Source: Candidatus Saccharimonadota bacterium (lineage in GTDB: Bacteria; Pseudomonadota; Gammaproteobacteria; Enterobacterales; Enterobacteriaceae). From it: a DNA stretch of 32,000 nucleotides. Numbering within the stretch: position 1 is the stretch's first letter; each line of letters opens with the position of its first letter. The position numbers and the translations under genes were made by a program. The stretch lies in contig NZ_CP046226.1 in assembly GCF_012562765.1 (NCBI RefSeq), forward strand, positions 120,001-152,000. Reading direction: 5' to 3'. The notes beneath the pieces were generated by a model. It did no database searches. It worked only from the letters and a program-made list of their open reading frames with translations, and was not told the origin of the DNA. Positions 1 to 9,230 of the stretch are shown here, piece after piece.

Positions 1-2
1 AT

Positions 3-566
3 GATTTAAAAGGAGATATAGAATGTATATTTAATTTTTTAGGTAAAACAGATCAAATAGAATTTAGGTCTATATCAGAAATAAATGTTTTTCATCCACA
101 TCAAAGTTCATCTATATATTTAGATAATATTTTTATTGGATATGTTGGTGTAATACATCCTTATATTCAATCATATTTAGGTATTAATGAAAATACTATT
201 TTATTTGAATTAGAATGTGAAAAAATTTTAAATACTACAGAAATAAAAATTAAAAAAATATCAAAATTACCATTAAATCGTAGAGATATTTCTTTTATAA
301 TTAAAGAACATATTCCTTTTATAAACATTATAGAAGAATGTAAAAATACTAAAATAAAACAAATTATTGATATAAATTTATTTGATGTTTATCAAGGAAT
401 AAATATTCCTAAAGGATATAAAAGTTTTACAATAAGTTTTATTATACAAGATATTACTCATACATTACATGATAATGAAATTAATAATATTGTACAATTG
501 TGTATAAATAAATTGAAAATAAAATTTCAAATTATATTAAGAGATGAAAAATATGACTTTAACTAA
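3..566 (+). CDS. pheT: Phenylalanine--tRNA ligase beta subunit, C-terminal fragment (5' end lies outside the window)
   Basis: Frame 3 is open from the window edge to TAA at 564-566. The translation (KLPLNRRDISFII...INLFDVYQGINIPKGYKSFTISFIIQD...ILRD) aligns with the E. coli PheT C-terminus (FPANRRDIAVVV...[25 protein letters not shown]...SLRD). It is followed by ihfA, as in E. coli. Confidence 0.85.
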   Translation, partial: DLKGDIECIFNFLGKTDQIEFRSISEINVFHPHQSSSIYLDNIFIGYVGVIHPYIQSYLGINENTILFELECEKILNTTEIKIKKISKLPLNRRDISFIIKEHIPFINIIEECKNTKIKQIIDINLFDVYQGINIPKGYKSFTISFIIQDITHTLHDNEINNIVQLCINKLKIKFQIILRDEKYDFN

Positions 567-849
567 AAAAGAAATTTCTGAATATTTAGTTAAAACATTT
601 AAAATATATAAAAAAGATGCAGTATATTTAGTATCTTTATTTTTCGAAGAATTAAAAAAAACCTTATTAAAAGGAGAATCAGTAAAATTATCAGGATTTG
701 GTAAATTTGAAATACGTAATAAAAATCCTAGACCAGGAAGAAATCCAAAAACAGGAGAGTTTATACTTATAAATGCTAGAAAAGTAATAATTTTTAAAGC
801 ATATCGAAAAATAAAAGAAAGTATATATAATATTAAATTAAATATATAA
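544..849 (+). CDS. ihfA: Integration host factor alpha subunit. The true start is probably the second ATG at 553 ([12 protein letters not shown] aligns with E. coli MALTKAEMSEYL).
   Basis: The ORF translation contains [26 protein letters not shown], matching E. coli IhfA [26 protein letters not shown]. The length (about 98-101 aa) and the position after pheT also fit. Confidence 0.92.
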   Translation: [101 protein letters not shown]

Positions 850-854
850 AAAAA

Positions 855-889
855 TTTTCATATAAATATTATTAATATTTATATGAAAA
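855..889. repeat. Perfect 35-nt palindrome (17+1+17), a potential 15-16 bp stem-loop, starting 6 nt after the ihfA stop codon
   Basis: I read the sequence ttttcatataaatatt-a-t-t-aatatttatatgaaaa directly and checked every pair from 855/889 to 871/873. It includes one C-G pair (859/885). It is flanked upstream by an A7 run (848-854). Confidence 0.6.
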
Positions 890-913
890 ATAAATATATT
901 AAGGATAATATTC

Positions 914-1519
914 ATGTTTAGTGGAATTATTCAATGTATAGCAATAATAAAATTAGTAATTAAGAAAAAAAATTTTTTACATCTTATAATAAAAACACCT
1001 AATTTTTTTAATTATGATTTAAAAAGAGGTGATTCTATTGCAAATAATGGATGTTGTTTAACTATAAGTAAAATAAATAATAATTTATTATATTTTGATA
1101 TAATTAAAAATACACTAGATGTTACTACTTTTAAAGAAGTAAAAAAAGGAGATTATTTAAATATTGAAAAATCTTTAAAATTAATAGATTTTATAGGAGG
1201 ACATTTAGTTTCAGGACATATTACAGGTATTGCTAAAATTATTAAAATTAATAATTATGTTTATTCTAAAACAATATGGTTAAAACCATATTATAAATCT
1301 CAAATGAAATATATTATAAAAAAAGGTTTTATATGTATAGATGGTATTAGTTTAACAATAGATAAAATTCATATTAATCAATTTAGTATTAATCTTATTC
1401 CAGAAACTATTATAAAAACTTCATTATCTAATAAAAAAATTAATCAATATGTTAATATTGAAGTAGATTTATATACTAAAATATCTGTTTCTACTATAGA
1501 AAAATTATTCTATCAATAA
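914..1519 (+). CDS. ribE: Riboflavin synthase (alpha chain)
   Basis: MFSGIIQ...ANNGCCLTIS...IGGHLVSGHI...KGFICIDGISLT...NLIPETI aligns along the full length with E. coli riboflavin synthase (MFTGIVQ...AHNGCCLTVT...IGGHLMSGHI...KGFIGIDGISLT...HLIPETL). An AAGGA Shine-Dalgarno sequence sits at 901-905. Confidence 0.92.
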   Translation: MFSGIIQCIAIIKLVIKKKNFLHLIIKTPNFFNYDLKRGDSIANNGCCLTISKINNNLLYFDIIKNTLDVTTFKEVKKGDYLNIEKSLKLIDFIGGHLVSGHITGIAKIIKINNYVYSKTIWLKPYYKSQMKYIIKKGFICIDGISLTIDKIHINQFSINLIPETIIKTSLSNKKINQYVNIEVDLYTKISVSTIEKLFYQ

Positions 1520-1559
1520 ATTATTTACTTAAATATTTAAATAAAAGAGATATAAATTA

Positions 1560-2852
1560 ATGATTATAAGTAAAAATAATAAAATAGATTTAATACAAAA
1601 ATTAGAATATCGTAATATTATTAATCAAATAACAGATAAAATTAATTTAAAAAATATTTTAATGCAAAAAAATATTAATTTATATTGTGGATTTGATCCT
1701 ACCGCTGATAGTTTACATATTGGTCATTTAATACCTTTAATTACATTAAGATATTTTCAAAAATTAGGGCACAAACCTATTGTTTTATTAGGTGGTGCAA
1801 CAGGACTAATAGGTGATCCTAGTTTTAAATTAAAAAAAAGAAAAATACAAACAATTCATTTTATAAATAAATGTATTAATAAAATTAGTTTACAATTAAA
1901 AAATTTTTTAGATTTTAACTGTGGATCTAATAGTGCAATTATAGTAAATAATTATGATTGGTTTAGTAAAATGAATATTTTATTTTTTTTAAAAGATATA
2001 GGTAAATATTTTTATATTAATCAAATGATGAATAAAGAATCTATTAAAAATAGAATAAATAAAAATATACAAGGAATTTCTTTTACTGAATTTTCATATA
2101 ATTTATTACAATCTTATGATTTTGCTTATCTTAATAAAAATTTTGATGTAAAGTTACAAGTCGGAGGTTCAGATCAATGGGGACATATTATTTCAGGAAT
2201 TGATTTAATAAAAAAATTATATAAACAACAAGTATTTGGATTAACTAATCAATTAATTACTAAAAATGATGGTACTAAATTCGGAAAAACAGAAAATAAA
2301 ACAATATGGTTAAATCATCTTAAAACTAGTCCATATGATTTTTTTCAATTTTGGTTAAATATTGATGATAGTTTAGTTTATAATTTTTTAAAAATGTTTA
2401 CTTCTATAAAAATAGATATTATTGAAGATTTACAAAAATCTAATAATAATTCAATAAAAAAAAATAGTGCTCAAAATATATTAGCTGAATATATGACTTG
2501 TTTAGTTCATGGTAAAAATAAATTAGAATCTGCTAAAAAAATTACTAATTATATTTTTTATAAAAAATTAAATAATTTATCTAAAAATGATTTTGATATA
2601 TTATTACATAATGGAATTAAAAATATTATTTTAGACAATAAAAATTATTCTTTACAAGAAGTTTTAATATTAAGTAAATTAGCTAATTCTCGTAGTCATG
2701 CAAAAAATATGATTGAATCTAATTCAATTTATATAAATAATCAAAAACAAACAAATATTTTATTTTATTTTACTAAAGAAAATAAAATATTTAATCAGTT
2801 TACATTATTACGTAGAGGTAAAAAAAATTTTTGTTTATTATATTGGAAATAA
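1560..2852 (+). CDS. tyrS: Tyrosine--tRNA ligase
   Basis: The class I signatures HIGH (SLHIGHLIPL) and KFGKT are present. CGFDPTADSLH, GGATGLIGDPSF, GGSDQWG and the C-terminal FTLLRRGKKNFCLLYWK match E. coli TyrS almost residue for residue. Confidence 0.95.
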   Translation: MIISKNNKIDLIQKLEYRNIINQITDKINLKNILMQKNINLYCGFDPTADSLHIGHLIPLITLRYFQKLGHKPIVLLGGATGLIGDPSFKLKKRKIQTIHFINKCINKISLQLKNFLDFNCGSNSAIIVNNYDWFSKMNILFFLKDIGKYFYINQMMNKESIKNRINKNIQGISFTEFSYNLLQSYDFAYLNKNFDVKLQVGGSDQWGHIISGIDLIKKLYKQQVFGLTNQLITKNDGTKFGKTENKTIWLNHLKTSPYDFFQFWLNIDDSLVYNFLKMFTSIKIDIIEDLQKSNNNSIKKNSAQNILAEYMTCLVHGKNKLESAKKITNYIFYKKLNNLSKNDFDILLHNGIKNIILDNKNYSLQEVLILSKLANSRSHAKNMIESNSIYINNQKQTNILFYFTKENKIFNQFTLLRRGKKNFCLLYWK

Positions 2853-3512
2853 TATTTAAATATTAGTAATAAATTATATTAATATTTTTAAATAAAAATT
2901 TATAAAGATTAAATATAATACAAATATTAAATAATAAATTTTTAATTTTATATATATTATTATTATATAATATAAAAATATATGATATTTTAATAGAAAT
3001 TACTTATAATATTTTTTTATTTCTAATATATCTTTATTTATACTAAATTTAGTACATTTAAAAAATTAATATATATTAACTCATAGCTATTTTAAATTTT
3101 TTAAATAAAGTATTAAAAATTATATTTAAAATTTTTCTACTAATGTTAAATAAGTAATTATTCTAAATCTTTTTTATTATTAGTAATAAAATTATGACTT
3201 TGTTTTAAAAAAGTTTAATTATATTAAATATTTAAATTTATTATTATCTAAACCTAAATTATAAATTTTTTCTTTTATTTTTAAAATACCTAATTTTATT
3301 AATTTATATAGATTATTTGTAATCATAAATTATTTTTTAATTAACATATTAATTTTTTTATCATTATTTTTTAATAATAATATTAAAAAAATAATTATTT
3401 ATAATAATTATTAAAAATTAATTAAGATTTAGTTTTTAAAATAATTTTTATTAAAAATATTAACTATTTTAAATATTTTTTATTTATATAATTAATTTAA
3501 AAAAATAATTTA

Positions 3513-3586
3513 TGCGTTCTAGAGGATTCGAACCTCTGACCATCATCATGTCATAATGATACTCTAACCTACTGAGCTAAGAACGC
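3513..3586 (-). tRNA. tRNA-Val, anticodon GAC; 74 nt; no encoded 3' CCA
   Basis: I folded the cloverleaf by hand. Acceptor GCGTTCT/AGAACGC; D arm GCTC-AGTAGGTTA-GAGT; anticodon arm TCATT-AT GAC AT-GATGA; variable loop TGGTC; T arm AGAGG-TTCGAAT-CCTCT; discriminator A. It lies 33 nt downstream of mdtK on the same strand. E. coli also has tRNA-Val(GAC) genes next to mdtK. Confidence 0.93.
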
Positions 3587-3619
3587 ATAAAATTTTTAGT
3601 AATAATATCATAAAAATAA

Positions 3620-4969
3620 TTAATTTAGAAGTTTTTGTATGTTTATAATACGATATATTATTAATATAGCAGATGAAGTCAAACCTATAATAAAACCTAT
3701 CCAAAATCCTGAAGGTCCCATAGGTGAAGAAACAATCCAATTAGTAACTGATAAAATATATCCAATAGGAAATCCTAAAATCCAATAAGAAATAAAAGTA
3801 ATAAAAAAAATAGCAATTGTATCTTTATATCCTTTTAATATACCACATCCTATAACTTGAATAGAATCTGATAATTGATAAATACCTGATAATAAAATTA
3901 AATATGAAGATAAATAAATTATTTCTTGATTAGAACTATATAAAGATGCAATATTTTTTCTAAAAAAAATACTAATAAAAGAAGTAAAAATAGATATAAT
4001 TATTCCAATAATTTGAGCATTCCAACTAATTATAACTGCTTGTTTTTTATATCCTAAACCTAAACAATGCCCTACTCTAATAGTTACGGCAACACCTAAT
4101 GCAAAAGGAAAAACAAATATTAATGAACTATAATTCAAAGCTATCTGATGACTAGCAATTTTTTCTATACCCATAGGAGATATAAATAAAGATACTAAAG
4201 TAAATAATGTAACTTCAAAAAAAATAGATAAAGCAATAGGAAAACCAATTCTAATAAATTGATATAATATATTTTTATTTGGTTTACTTAATTTATTAAT
4301 TATTTTAATATCATTAAAATATATTGAATTAGAAATCCATAATTTTATAATAAAAAACATTATCCAATATATTATTATTACAGAAAATCCACTTCCAATA
4401 CCTCCTAATTTAGGTAATATCCAATAACCATATATACAAATATAATTTATAGGAATAAATAATAATAAACCAATAAAACTAATAATCATACAAGGTCTTG
4501 TTAACGATAGACCTTCACATTTACAACGTAAAACTTGAAAAAATAAATATCCAGGAGTATTCCATAAAATAATTTTTAAATAATAATTAGTTTTTAAAAT
4601 TAATAATTTATTAATATTTGGTATAAATGTAAGCAAATAACCAATTTTATATAAAAAAAACATAATAAATATTGATATAATTATCACTAATAAATTTGCT
4701 TGTTTAATTTGATTTGCTATATGAATACGATTACCAGACCCATTTAATTGAGAAATAATAGGTATTAAAGATAATAATATTCCATGTCCTAATAATATTA
4801 CAGGTAACCATATTGCAGTTCCAATAGATATTACAGCCATATCTGTATTACTAAAAGTTCCTATCATTATATTATTAATAAATCCTATAGAAATTTGAGC
4901 TATTTGTGCAAAAAGAACAGGGATAGCAAGATTAAATAATTTTTTTGTTTCTATGAAATATTTTTGCAC
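3620..4969 (-). CDS. mdtK: MATE-family multidrug efflux transporter (NorM/YdhE/MdtK)
   Basis: The 449-aa polytopic membrane protein is collinear with E. coli MdtK: MQKY...LAIPV..AQIAQ, NGSG, PGYLFFQVLR, GFPIALSIFFEVTLF, ASHQIALN, YQLSDSIQVIG.GILKGYKDT, PMGPSGFWIGFIIGLTSSAI. Confidence 0.9.
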   Translation of the reverse strand: MQKYFIETKKLFNLAIPVLFAQIAQISIGFINNIMIGTFSNTDMAVISIGTAIWLPVILLGHGILLSLIPIISQLNGSGNRIHIANQIKQANLLVIIISIFIMFFLYKIGYLLTFIPNINKLLILKTNYYLKIILWNTPGYLFFQVLRCKCEGLSLTRPCMIISFIGLLLFIPINYICIYGYWILPKLGGIGSGFSVIIIYWIMFFIIKLWISNSIYFNDIKIINKLSKPNKNILYQFIRIGFPIALSIFFEVTLFTLVSLFISPMGIEKIASHQIALNYSSLIFVFPFALGVAVTIRVGHCLGLGYKKQAVIISWNAQIIGIIISIFTSFISIFFRKNIASLYSSNQEIIYLSSYLILLSGIYQLSDSIQVIGCGILKGYKDTIAIFFITFISYWILGFPIGYILSVTNWIVSSPMGPSGFWIGFIIGLTSSAILIIYRIINIQKLLN

Positions 4970-5181
4970 ACATATACCTTTAATTTTTTAAAATTTATGT
5001 AATCTAATAAAATTATTTATTTTTTAATAATATTTTATTTGTGTTATATCAATAAATATTTATTTTTATATTGTTATATATTTACTTTTATATTAATGAA
5101 TTTTATAATATAATGGATATATTTAATTATATTAAATTATGAATTAAATATAATTAATAAAATAAATTAGAGTAGAATTAT

Positions 5182-5505
5182 ATGAAAACTTTTGAAAAAA
5201 TAAAAAAACAAATATCTAATAATCCTGTTATTTTATATATGAAAGGATCTCCTACAAATCCAAAATGTGGATTTTCAGATAAAGCTGCAAAAATTTTAAT
5301 ATCATGTAAAGTAAAATTTATTTATATTAATGTTTTGAATAATCCTGATATAAGAGAATATTTACCTAAATATTCTAATTGGCCAACTTTCCCACAACTA
5401 TGGATTAACGGAGAATTAATAGGAGGATATGATATCCTATATCATATGTATTGTAATAAAGAATTAAATAATATTTTAATAAAAAATAATTTAATTAAAA
5501 ATTAA
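5182..5505 (+). CDS. grxD: Monothiol glutaredoxin Grx4
   Basis: It has the CGFS active-site motif (PKCGFSDKA), WPTFPQLWINGELIGGYDI, and is 107 aa long, as for E. coli GrxD/YdhD. Confidence 0.92.
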   Translation: MKTFEKIKKQISNNPVILYMKGSPTNPKCGFSDKAAKILISCKVKFIYINVLNNPDIREYLPKYSNWPTFPQLWINGELIGGYDILYHMYCNKELNNILIKNNLIKN

Positions 5506-5508
5506 TAA

Positions 5509-6156
5509 TTAATTTTTATATAATTTAATAGGTGGCCAACCTCCTATCTTTTTCCATTTATTTACTAATTTACAAAATAATTCAGCAGTTTTATCTGTAT
5601 CATATAAAGCTGAATGTGCTTGGTTATTATCAAAAGATATACCTAAAGCATGACAAGATTTAGCTAATACAGTTTGTCCTAATAATAATCCACTCATAGA
5701 TGTTGTATCAAAAGTAACAAAATGATGAAATGGATTATGATATTTTGTTTTAATACGTTTTGAAGCTTCCATAATAAAGCTATGATCAAAACTAGCATTA
5801 TGACCTACTACTACTGCTTTTTTACATTTATTTTTTTTAATTTCATTATAAATTTTATTAAATATAATATTAAATGCTATATTTTCAGTTACAGCTCTTC
5901 TTAAAGGAGAATCTATATTAATTTTATTAAAAGCTAAAGCATCAGGAGATATATATGAACCTTCAAATGGAATAATATGGAAATGTAATATTTCATTTTT
6001 TTCTAACCATCCATTATTCATTTTAAGAGTTATTAAACCTATTTCTAATATAGCATTATTTTTAGGATTGAAACCTGATGTTTCAATATCAATTACAACA
6101 GGATAAAATCCTCTAAATCTATAAGATAATAAATCTAATTTTACTGAATCGTTCAT
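5509..6156 (-). CDS. rnt: Ribonuclease T (DEDDh exoribonuclease)
   Basis: [28 protein letters not shown] and [15 protein letters not shown] match the Exo I/II/III motifs of E. coli RNase T, and the protein is collinear with it over its full length (215 aa). Confidence 0.92.
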   Translation of the reverse strand: MNDSVKLDLLSYRFRGFYPVVIDIETSGFNPKNNAILEIGLITLKMNNGWLEKNEILHFHIIPFEGSYISPDALAFNKINIDSPLRRAVTENIAFNIIFNKIYNEIKKNKCKKAVVVGHNASFDHSFIMEASKRIKTKYHNPFHHFVTFDTTSMSGLLLGQTVLAKSCHALGISFDNNQAHSALYDTDKTAELFCKLVNKWKKIGGWPPIKLYKN

Positions 6157-6296
6157 AATATAATCTTTTTTATAATTATTTTAAGTTAAATTTTAAATTT
6201 AATATATAGATCAGTAAAATATACCTTTATAAATGAAATTACAAGTATAAATATTACTAAAAAATTATATAATAAAAATATAATAAAAATATAATG

Positions 6297-6971
6297 TTAA
6301 AAAATATTTTTAATATAATTAATATTATTAAATATTTTTTTCTTATTTAAAATAAAATTATTAATAATATTAATTATAGCTTTAAATGATACAGATAAAT
6401 TTTGTATAAATTCTAATTTTAAATTTTTATTTAATAGTTTTATTATTTTATATTTTACAGAATAATCAATATTAGAAACTAATATCCATTTTCCTTTTAA
6501 TCTTAATATTTTTTTAATTAAATCATTATTATGTAATACACATTCACTTTTTTTACCAATCCATAATCCTTTTTTATTTTTTTTATATAATGCAAAATAC
6601 ATATTTATTTTATTATATTTAATTGTAGTTATAACATTTTTAATTCCTGTGTTTATCCATGTTTGTTCAGCGATCATCATTAAATGTGATAATCCTATTT
6701 TATTAATATTTAAAGAATATGATAATGTTTCAATAACTGTAATACCTACTCTCATACTAGAAAAATTTCCTGGTCCTGCATTATAAACTAATAAATTAAT
6801 ATCTGATAATATTATTTTTGAATCTTTTAAAATATTATTTATCATAGATAATATGTATTTTGTATGTTTGTTAGGACAAAATTTAATTAAACTAAATATT
6901 TTATTATTTTTAGATAGTTTTACAGAACAATATTCATTAGAAGTATCAATTGCTAAAATATTTTTATACAT
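6297..6971 (-). CDS. tsaB: tRNA threonylcarbamoyladenosine (t6A) biosynthesis protein TsaB (YeaZ)
   Basis: The N-terminus ILAIDTSNEYCSV and GPGNFSSMRVGI match E. coli TsaB (ILAIDTATEACSV, GPGSFTGVRIGI). The length is similar, and the C-terminal half is more divergent. Confidence 0.8.
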   Translation of the reverse strand: MYKNILAIDTSNEYCSVKLSKNNKIFSLIKFCPNKHTKYILSMINNILKDSKIILSDINLLVYNAGPGNFSSMRVGITVIETLSYSLNINKIGLSHLMMIAEQTWINTGIKNVITTIKYNKINMYFALYKKNKKGLWIGKKSECVLHNNDLIKKILRLKGKWILVSNIDYSVKYKIIKLLNKNLKLEFIQNLSVSFKAIINIINNFILNKKKIFNNINYIKNIF

Positions 6972-7307
6972 TATTAATTACTACTTATAATCATGTAATA
7001 ATATAAAATTATTGTTTTAAATAAAATATATGTTATAATTAACATTAATTTATTTTAAAAAAATAGTTTAGAAAAACTTTTTTATATTAGATATTTAATA
7101 ATTCTAATTATTACATTAAAATAAAATATTTTTATATTAATTTTATAATAAATTGTCAATTTTTAAAATTAAAAATATCAAAATAAATAGAAATATTTTA
7201 CTATTTGAGTAAAAATTTAAAATTTATTTATAAAGAATAACACATTTACTAAAATAAAATTAATTTATTATTCTTATAAAATTGTTAAAAATAATTGAAG
7301 ATAATTT

Positions 7308-7835
7308 ATGACAACGATTGTTAGTGTAAGAAAAAATGGATATGTTGTTATCGGTGGTGATGGTCAAGCTACTCTTGGTAATACTATTATGAAAGGTAAT
7401 GTTAAAAAAATTCGTAAGTTATATAATAATAAAGTAATAGCGGGTTTTGCAGGTGGTACTGCTGATGCTTTTACTTTATTTGAATTATTTGAACAGAAAT
7501 TAGAGATGTATCAAGGTAACTTAACAAAATCAGCTGTAGAATTAGCAAAAGATTGGAGAACAGATCGTTTACTTCGTAAATTAGAAGCATTATTAGTTAT
7601 TGCAGATAAAATAACTTCATTAATTATTACAGGAAGTGGAGATGTTATTCAACCTGAAAATGATATCGTTACAATAGGTTCTGGAGGACCATATGCTCAA
7701 GCATCTGCAAGAGCTTTATTTGAAAATACTAGTTTAAGTGCATATGAAATAGTAAAAAAATCATTAAATATAGCAGGGGATATTTGTATATATACTAATC
7801 ATAATTTTACTATTGAAAAATTATTATCTAAATAA
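7308..7835 (+). CDS. hslV: ATP-dependent protease HslVU, peptidase subunit HslV
   Basis: [11 protein letters not shown] carries the catalytic N-terminal Thr. [16 protein letters not shown] and [14 protein letters not shown] are nearly identical to E. coli HslV. Confidence 0.96.
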   Translation: MTTIVSVRKNGYVVIGGDGQATLGNTIMKGNVKKIRKLYNNKVIAGFAGGTADAFTLFELFEQKLEMYQGNLTKSAVELAKDWRTDRLLRKLEALLVIADKITSLIITGSGDVIQPENDIVTIGSGGPYAQASARALFENTSLSAYEIVKKSLNIAGDICIYTNHNFTIEKLLSK

Positions 7836-7841
7836 GTAAAT

Positions 7842-9185
7842 ATGAGGAAAATACTTGTTATGTCTATGACTCCACGTGAAATTGTTGATGAATTAGATAA
7901 ATTTATTATAGGTCAAGATAGTGCAAAAAAAGCAGTAGCTATAGCATTAAGAAATCGTTGGCGTCGAATGCAACTTAATGAAAATTTAAGACAAGAAGTT
8001 ACTCCTAAAAATATTTTAATGATAGGACCAACTGGTGTTGGAAAAACAGAAATTGCTCGTCGTTTAGCAAAATTAGCAAATGCACCTTTTATAAAAGTTG
8101 AAGCAACTAAATTTACTGAAGTAGGTTATGTTGGTAAAGAAGTAGATTCTATTATTCGTGATTTAACAGATTCTGCTATTAAAATGATTCGTGTACAAGA
8201 ATTTAAAAAAAATTGTTATAGAGCAAAAGAAATGGCTGAAGAACGTATTCTTAATGTACTTATGCCAAATTCTAAAATTAATTGGAATAAAGAAGAAAAT
8301 AATAATATTATATCTAACAGACAACAATTACGAAAAAAATTAAGAAATGGTGAATTAAATAATCAAGAAATTGAAATTAATTTATCTACTACCCCTATGG
8401 GAATTGAAATAATGGCTCCTCCAGGAATGGAAGAAATGACTAATCAATTACAATCATTATTTCAAAATTTTAGTGGTAGTAAACAAAAAAAACGTAAATT
8501 AACAATTAAAAATGCTATTAGATTATTAATAGAAGAAGAAGCAAATAAATTAGTTAATAATGAAGAAATAAAGCATAGAGCAATAGAAGCAGTAGAACAA
8601 CATGGAATTGTTTTTTTAGATGAAATAGATAAAATTTGTAGAAGAAGTAATAATACATCTTCTGATATTTCTAGAGAAGGTGTACAACGTGATTTATTAC
8701 CTTTAGTTGAAGGATGTACAATATCAACAAAACATGGAATGGTAAAAACAGATCATATACTATTTATTGCTTCAGGTTCTTTTCAAACATCAAAACCTTC
8801 AGATTTAATTCCTGAATTACAAGGTAGATTACCTATTAGAGTAGAATTAAAAGCTTTAACTACTCATGACTTTGAAAGAATTTTAACAGAACCAAATGCA
8901 TCTATAACAGTTCAATATAAAGCTTTATTAGCTACTGAAAAAGTAAATATAATATTTACCTCAGATGGTATTAAGAGAATAGCTGAGTCTGCTTGGAGAG
9001 TTAATGAAACAACAGAAAATATAGGAGCTAGAAGACTACATACTGTTTTAGAACATTTAATGTCTGATATTTCTTTTGACGCTGCTGAATATAATAATAA
9101 ATCAATTACTATTGATAAACATTATGTTAGTAAACACCTTGATACATTAATTTTAAATGAAGATATTAGTCGATATATACTATAA
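7842..9185 (+). CDS. hslU: ATP-dependent protease HslVU, ATPase subunit HslU. The true start is probably the ATG at 7860 (MSMTPREIV aligns with E. coli MSEMTPREIV).
   Basis: It has Walker [48 protein letters not shown], Walker [12 protein letters not shown], and a C-terminal NEDISRYIL. Identity to E. coli HslU is very high throughout. Confidence 0.96.
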   Translation: MRKILVMSMTPREIVDELDKFIIGQDSAKKAVAIALRNRWRRMQLNENLRQEVTPKNILMIGPTGVGKTEIARRLAKLANAPFIKVEATKFTEVGYVGKEVDSIIRDLTDSAIKMIRVQEFKKNCYRAKEMAEERILNVLMPNSKINWNKEENNNIISNRQQLRKKLRNGELNNQEIEINLSTTPMGIEIMAPPGMEEMTNQLQSLFQNFSGSKQKKRKLTIKNAIRLLIEEEANKLVNNEEIKHRAIEAVEQHGIVFLDEIDKICRRSNNTSSDISREGVQRDLLPLVEGCTISTKHGMVKTDHILFIASGSFQTSKPSDLIPELQGRLPIRVELKALTTHDFERILTEPNASITVQYKALLATEKVNIIFTSDGIKRIAESAWRVNETTENIGARRLHTVLEHLMSDISFDAAEYNNKSITIDKHYVSKHLDTLILNEDISRYIL

Positions 9186-9205
9186 AATTAAATATTTTAT
9201 TAATT

Positions 9206-9228
9206 TTGAATATAAAAAATTTATTCAA
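9206..9228. terminator. Weak inverted repeat (7-bp stem TTGAATA/TATTCAA, 9-nt loop) between the convergent hslU and hisIE 3' ends; possible bidirectional terminator
   Basis: I paired 9206-9212 with 9222-9228 by hand. There is only one G-C pair and no clear U-run. Confidence 0.2.
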
Positions 9229-9230
9229 TA

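Noticed and set aside
2850-2865. 16-nt AT-only palindrome (TAATATTTAAATATTA) overlapping the tyrS stop codon
   Set aside because: It would form at most a 6-bp A-T stem, and palindromes of this size are common here by chance.
2861-2873. 13-mer TATTAGTAATAAA repeated at 2861-2873 and 3178-3190 within the large spacer
   Set aside because: At this base composition, exact 13-mer repeats are expected many times per 32 kb. There is no extended similarity beyond the 13-mer.
3219-3326. 35-codon ORF (MITNNLYKLIKLGILKIKEKIYNLGLDNNKFKYLI) on the minus strand in the tyrS/tRNA-Val spacer
   Set aside because: Its low-complexity K/N/I/L content is what random AT-rich DNA encodes. It has no Shine-Dalgarno sequence and no recognisable similarity, so I cannot support it as a gene.
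5123-5157. 11-bp AT-only inverted repeat with a 13-nt loop in the divergent mdtK/grxD promoter region
   Set aside because: The stem is AT-only and the loop is long, so such repeats are expected by chance in this composition. Nothing else supports an operator.
7154-7190. TTGTCA hexamer as a sigma70 -35 element for hslV
   Set aside because: No acceptable -10 hexamer sits at 16-18 nt spacing (TATCAA or ATATCA at best), and it lies more than 110 nt upstream of the start codon.
7216-7248. Possible sigma32 heat-shock promoter upstream of hslVU (TTTAAAA ... ACACATTTA versus the consensus CTTGAAA-N13-15-CCCCATNTA)
   Set aside because: It matches only 5 of 7 and 6 of 8 positions. The spacer is 17 nt, which is too long. 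Such AT-rich partial matches are expected by chance, so it is not reportable as a feature.
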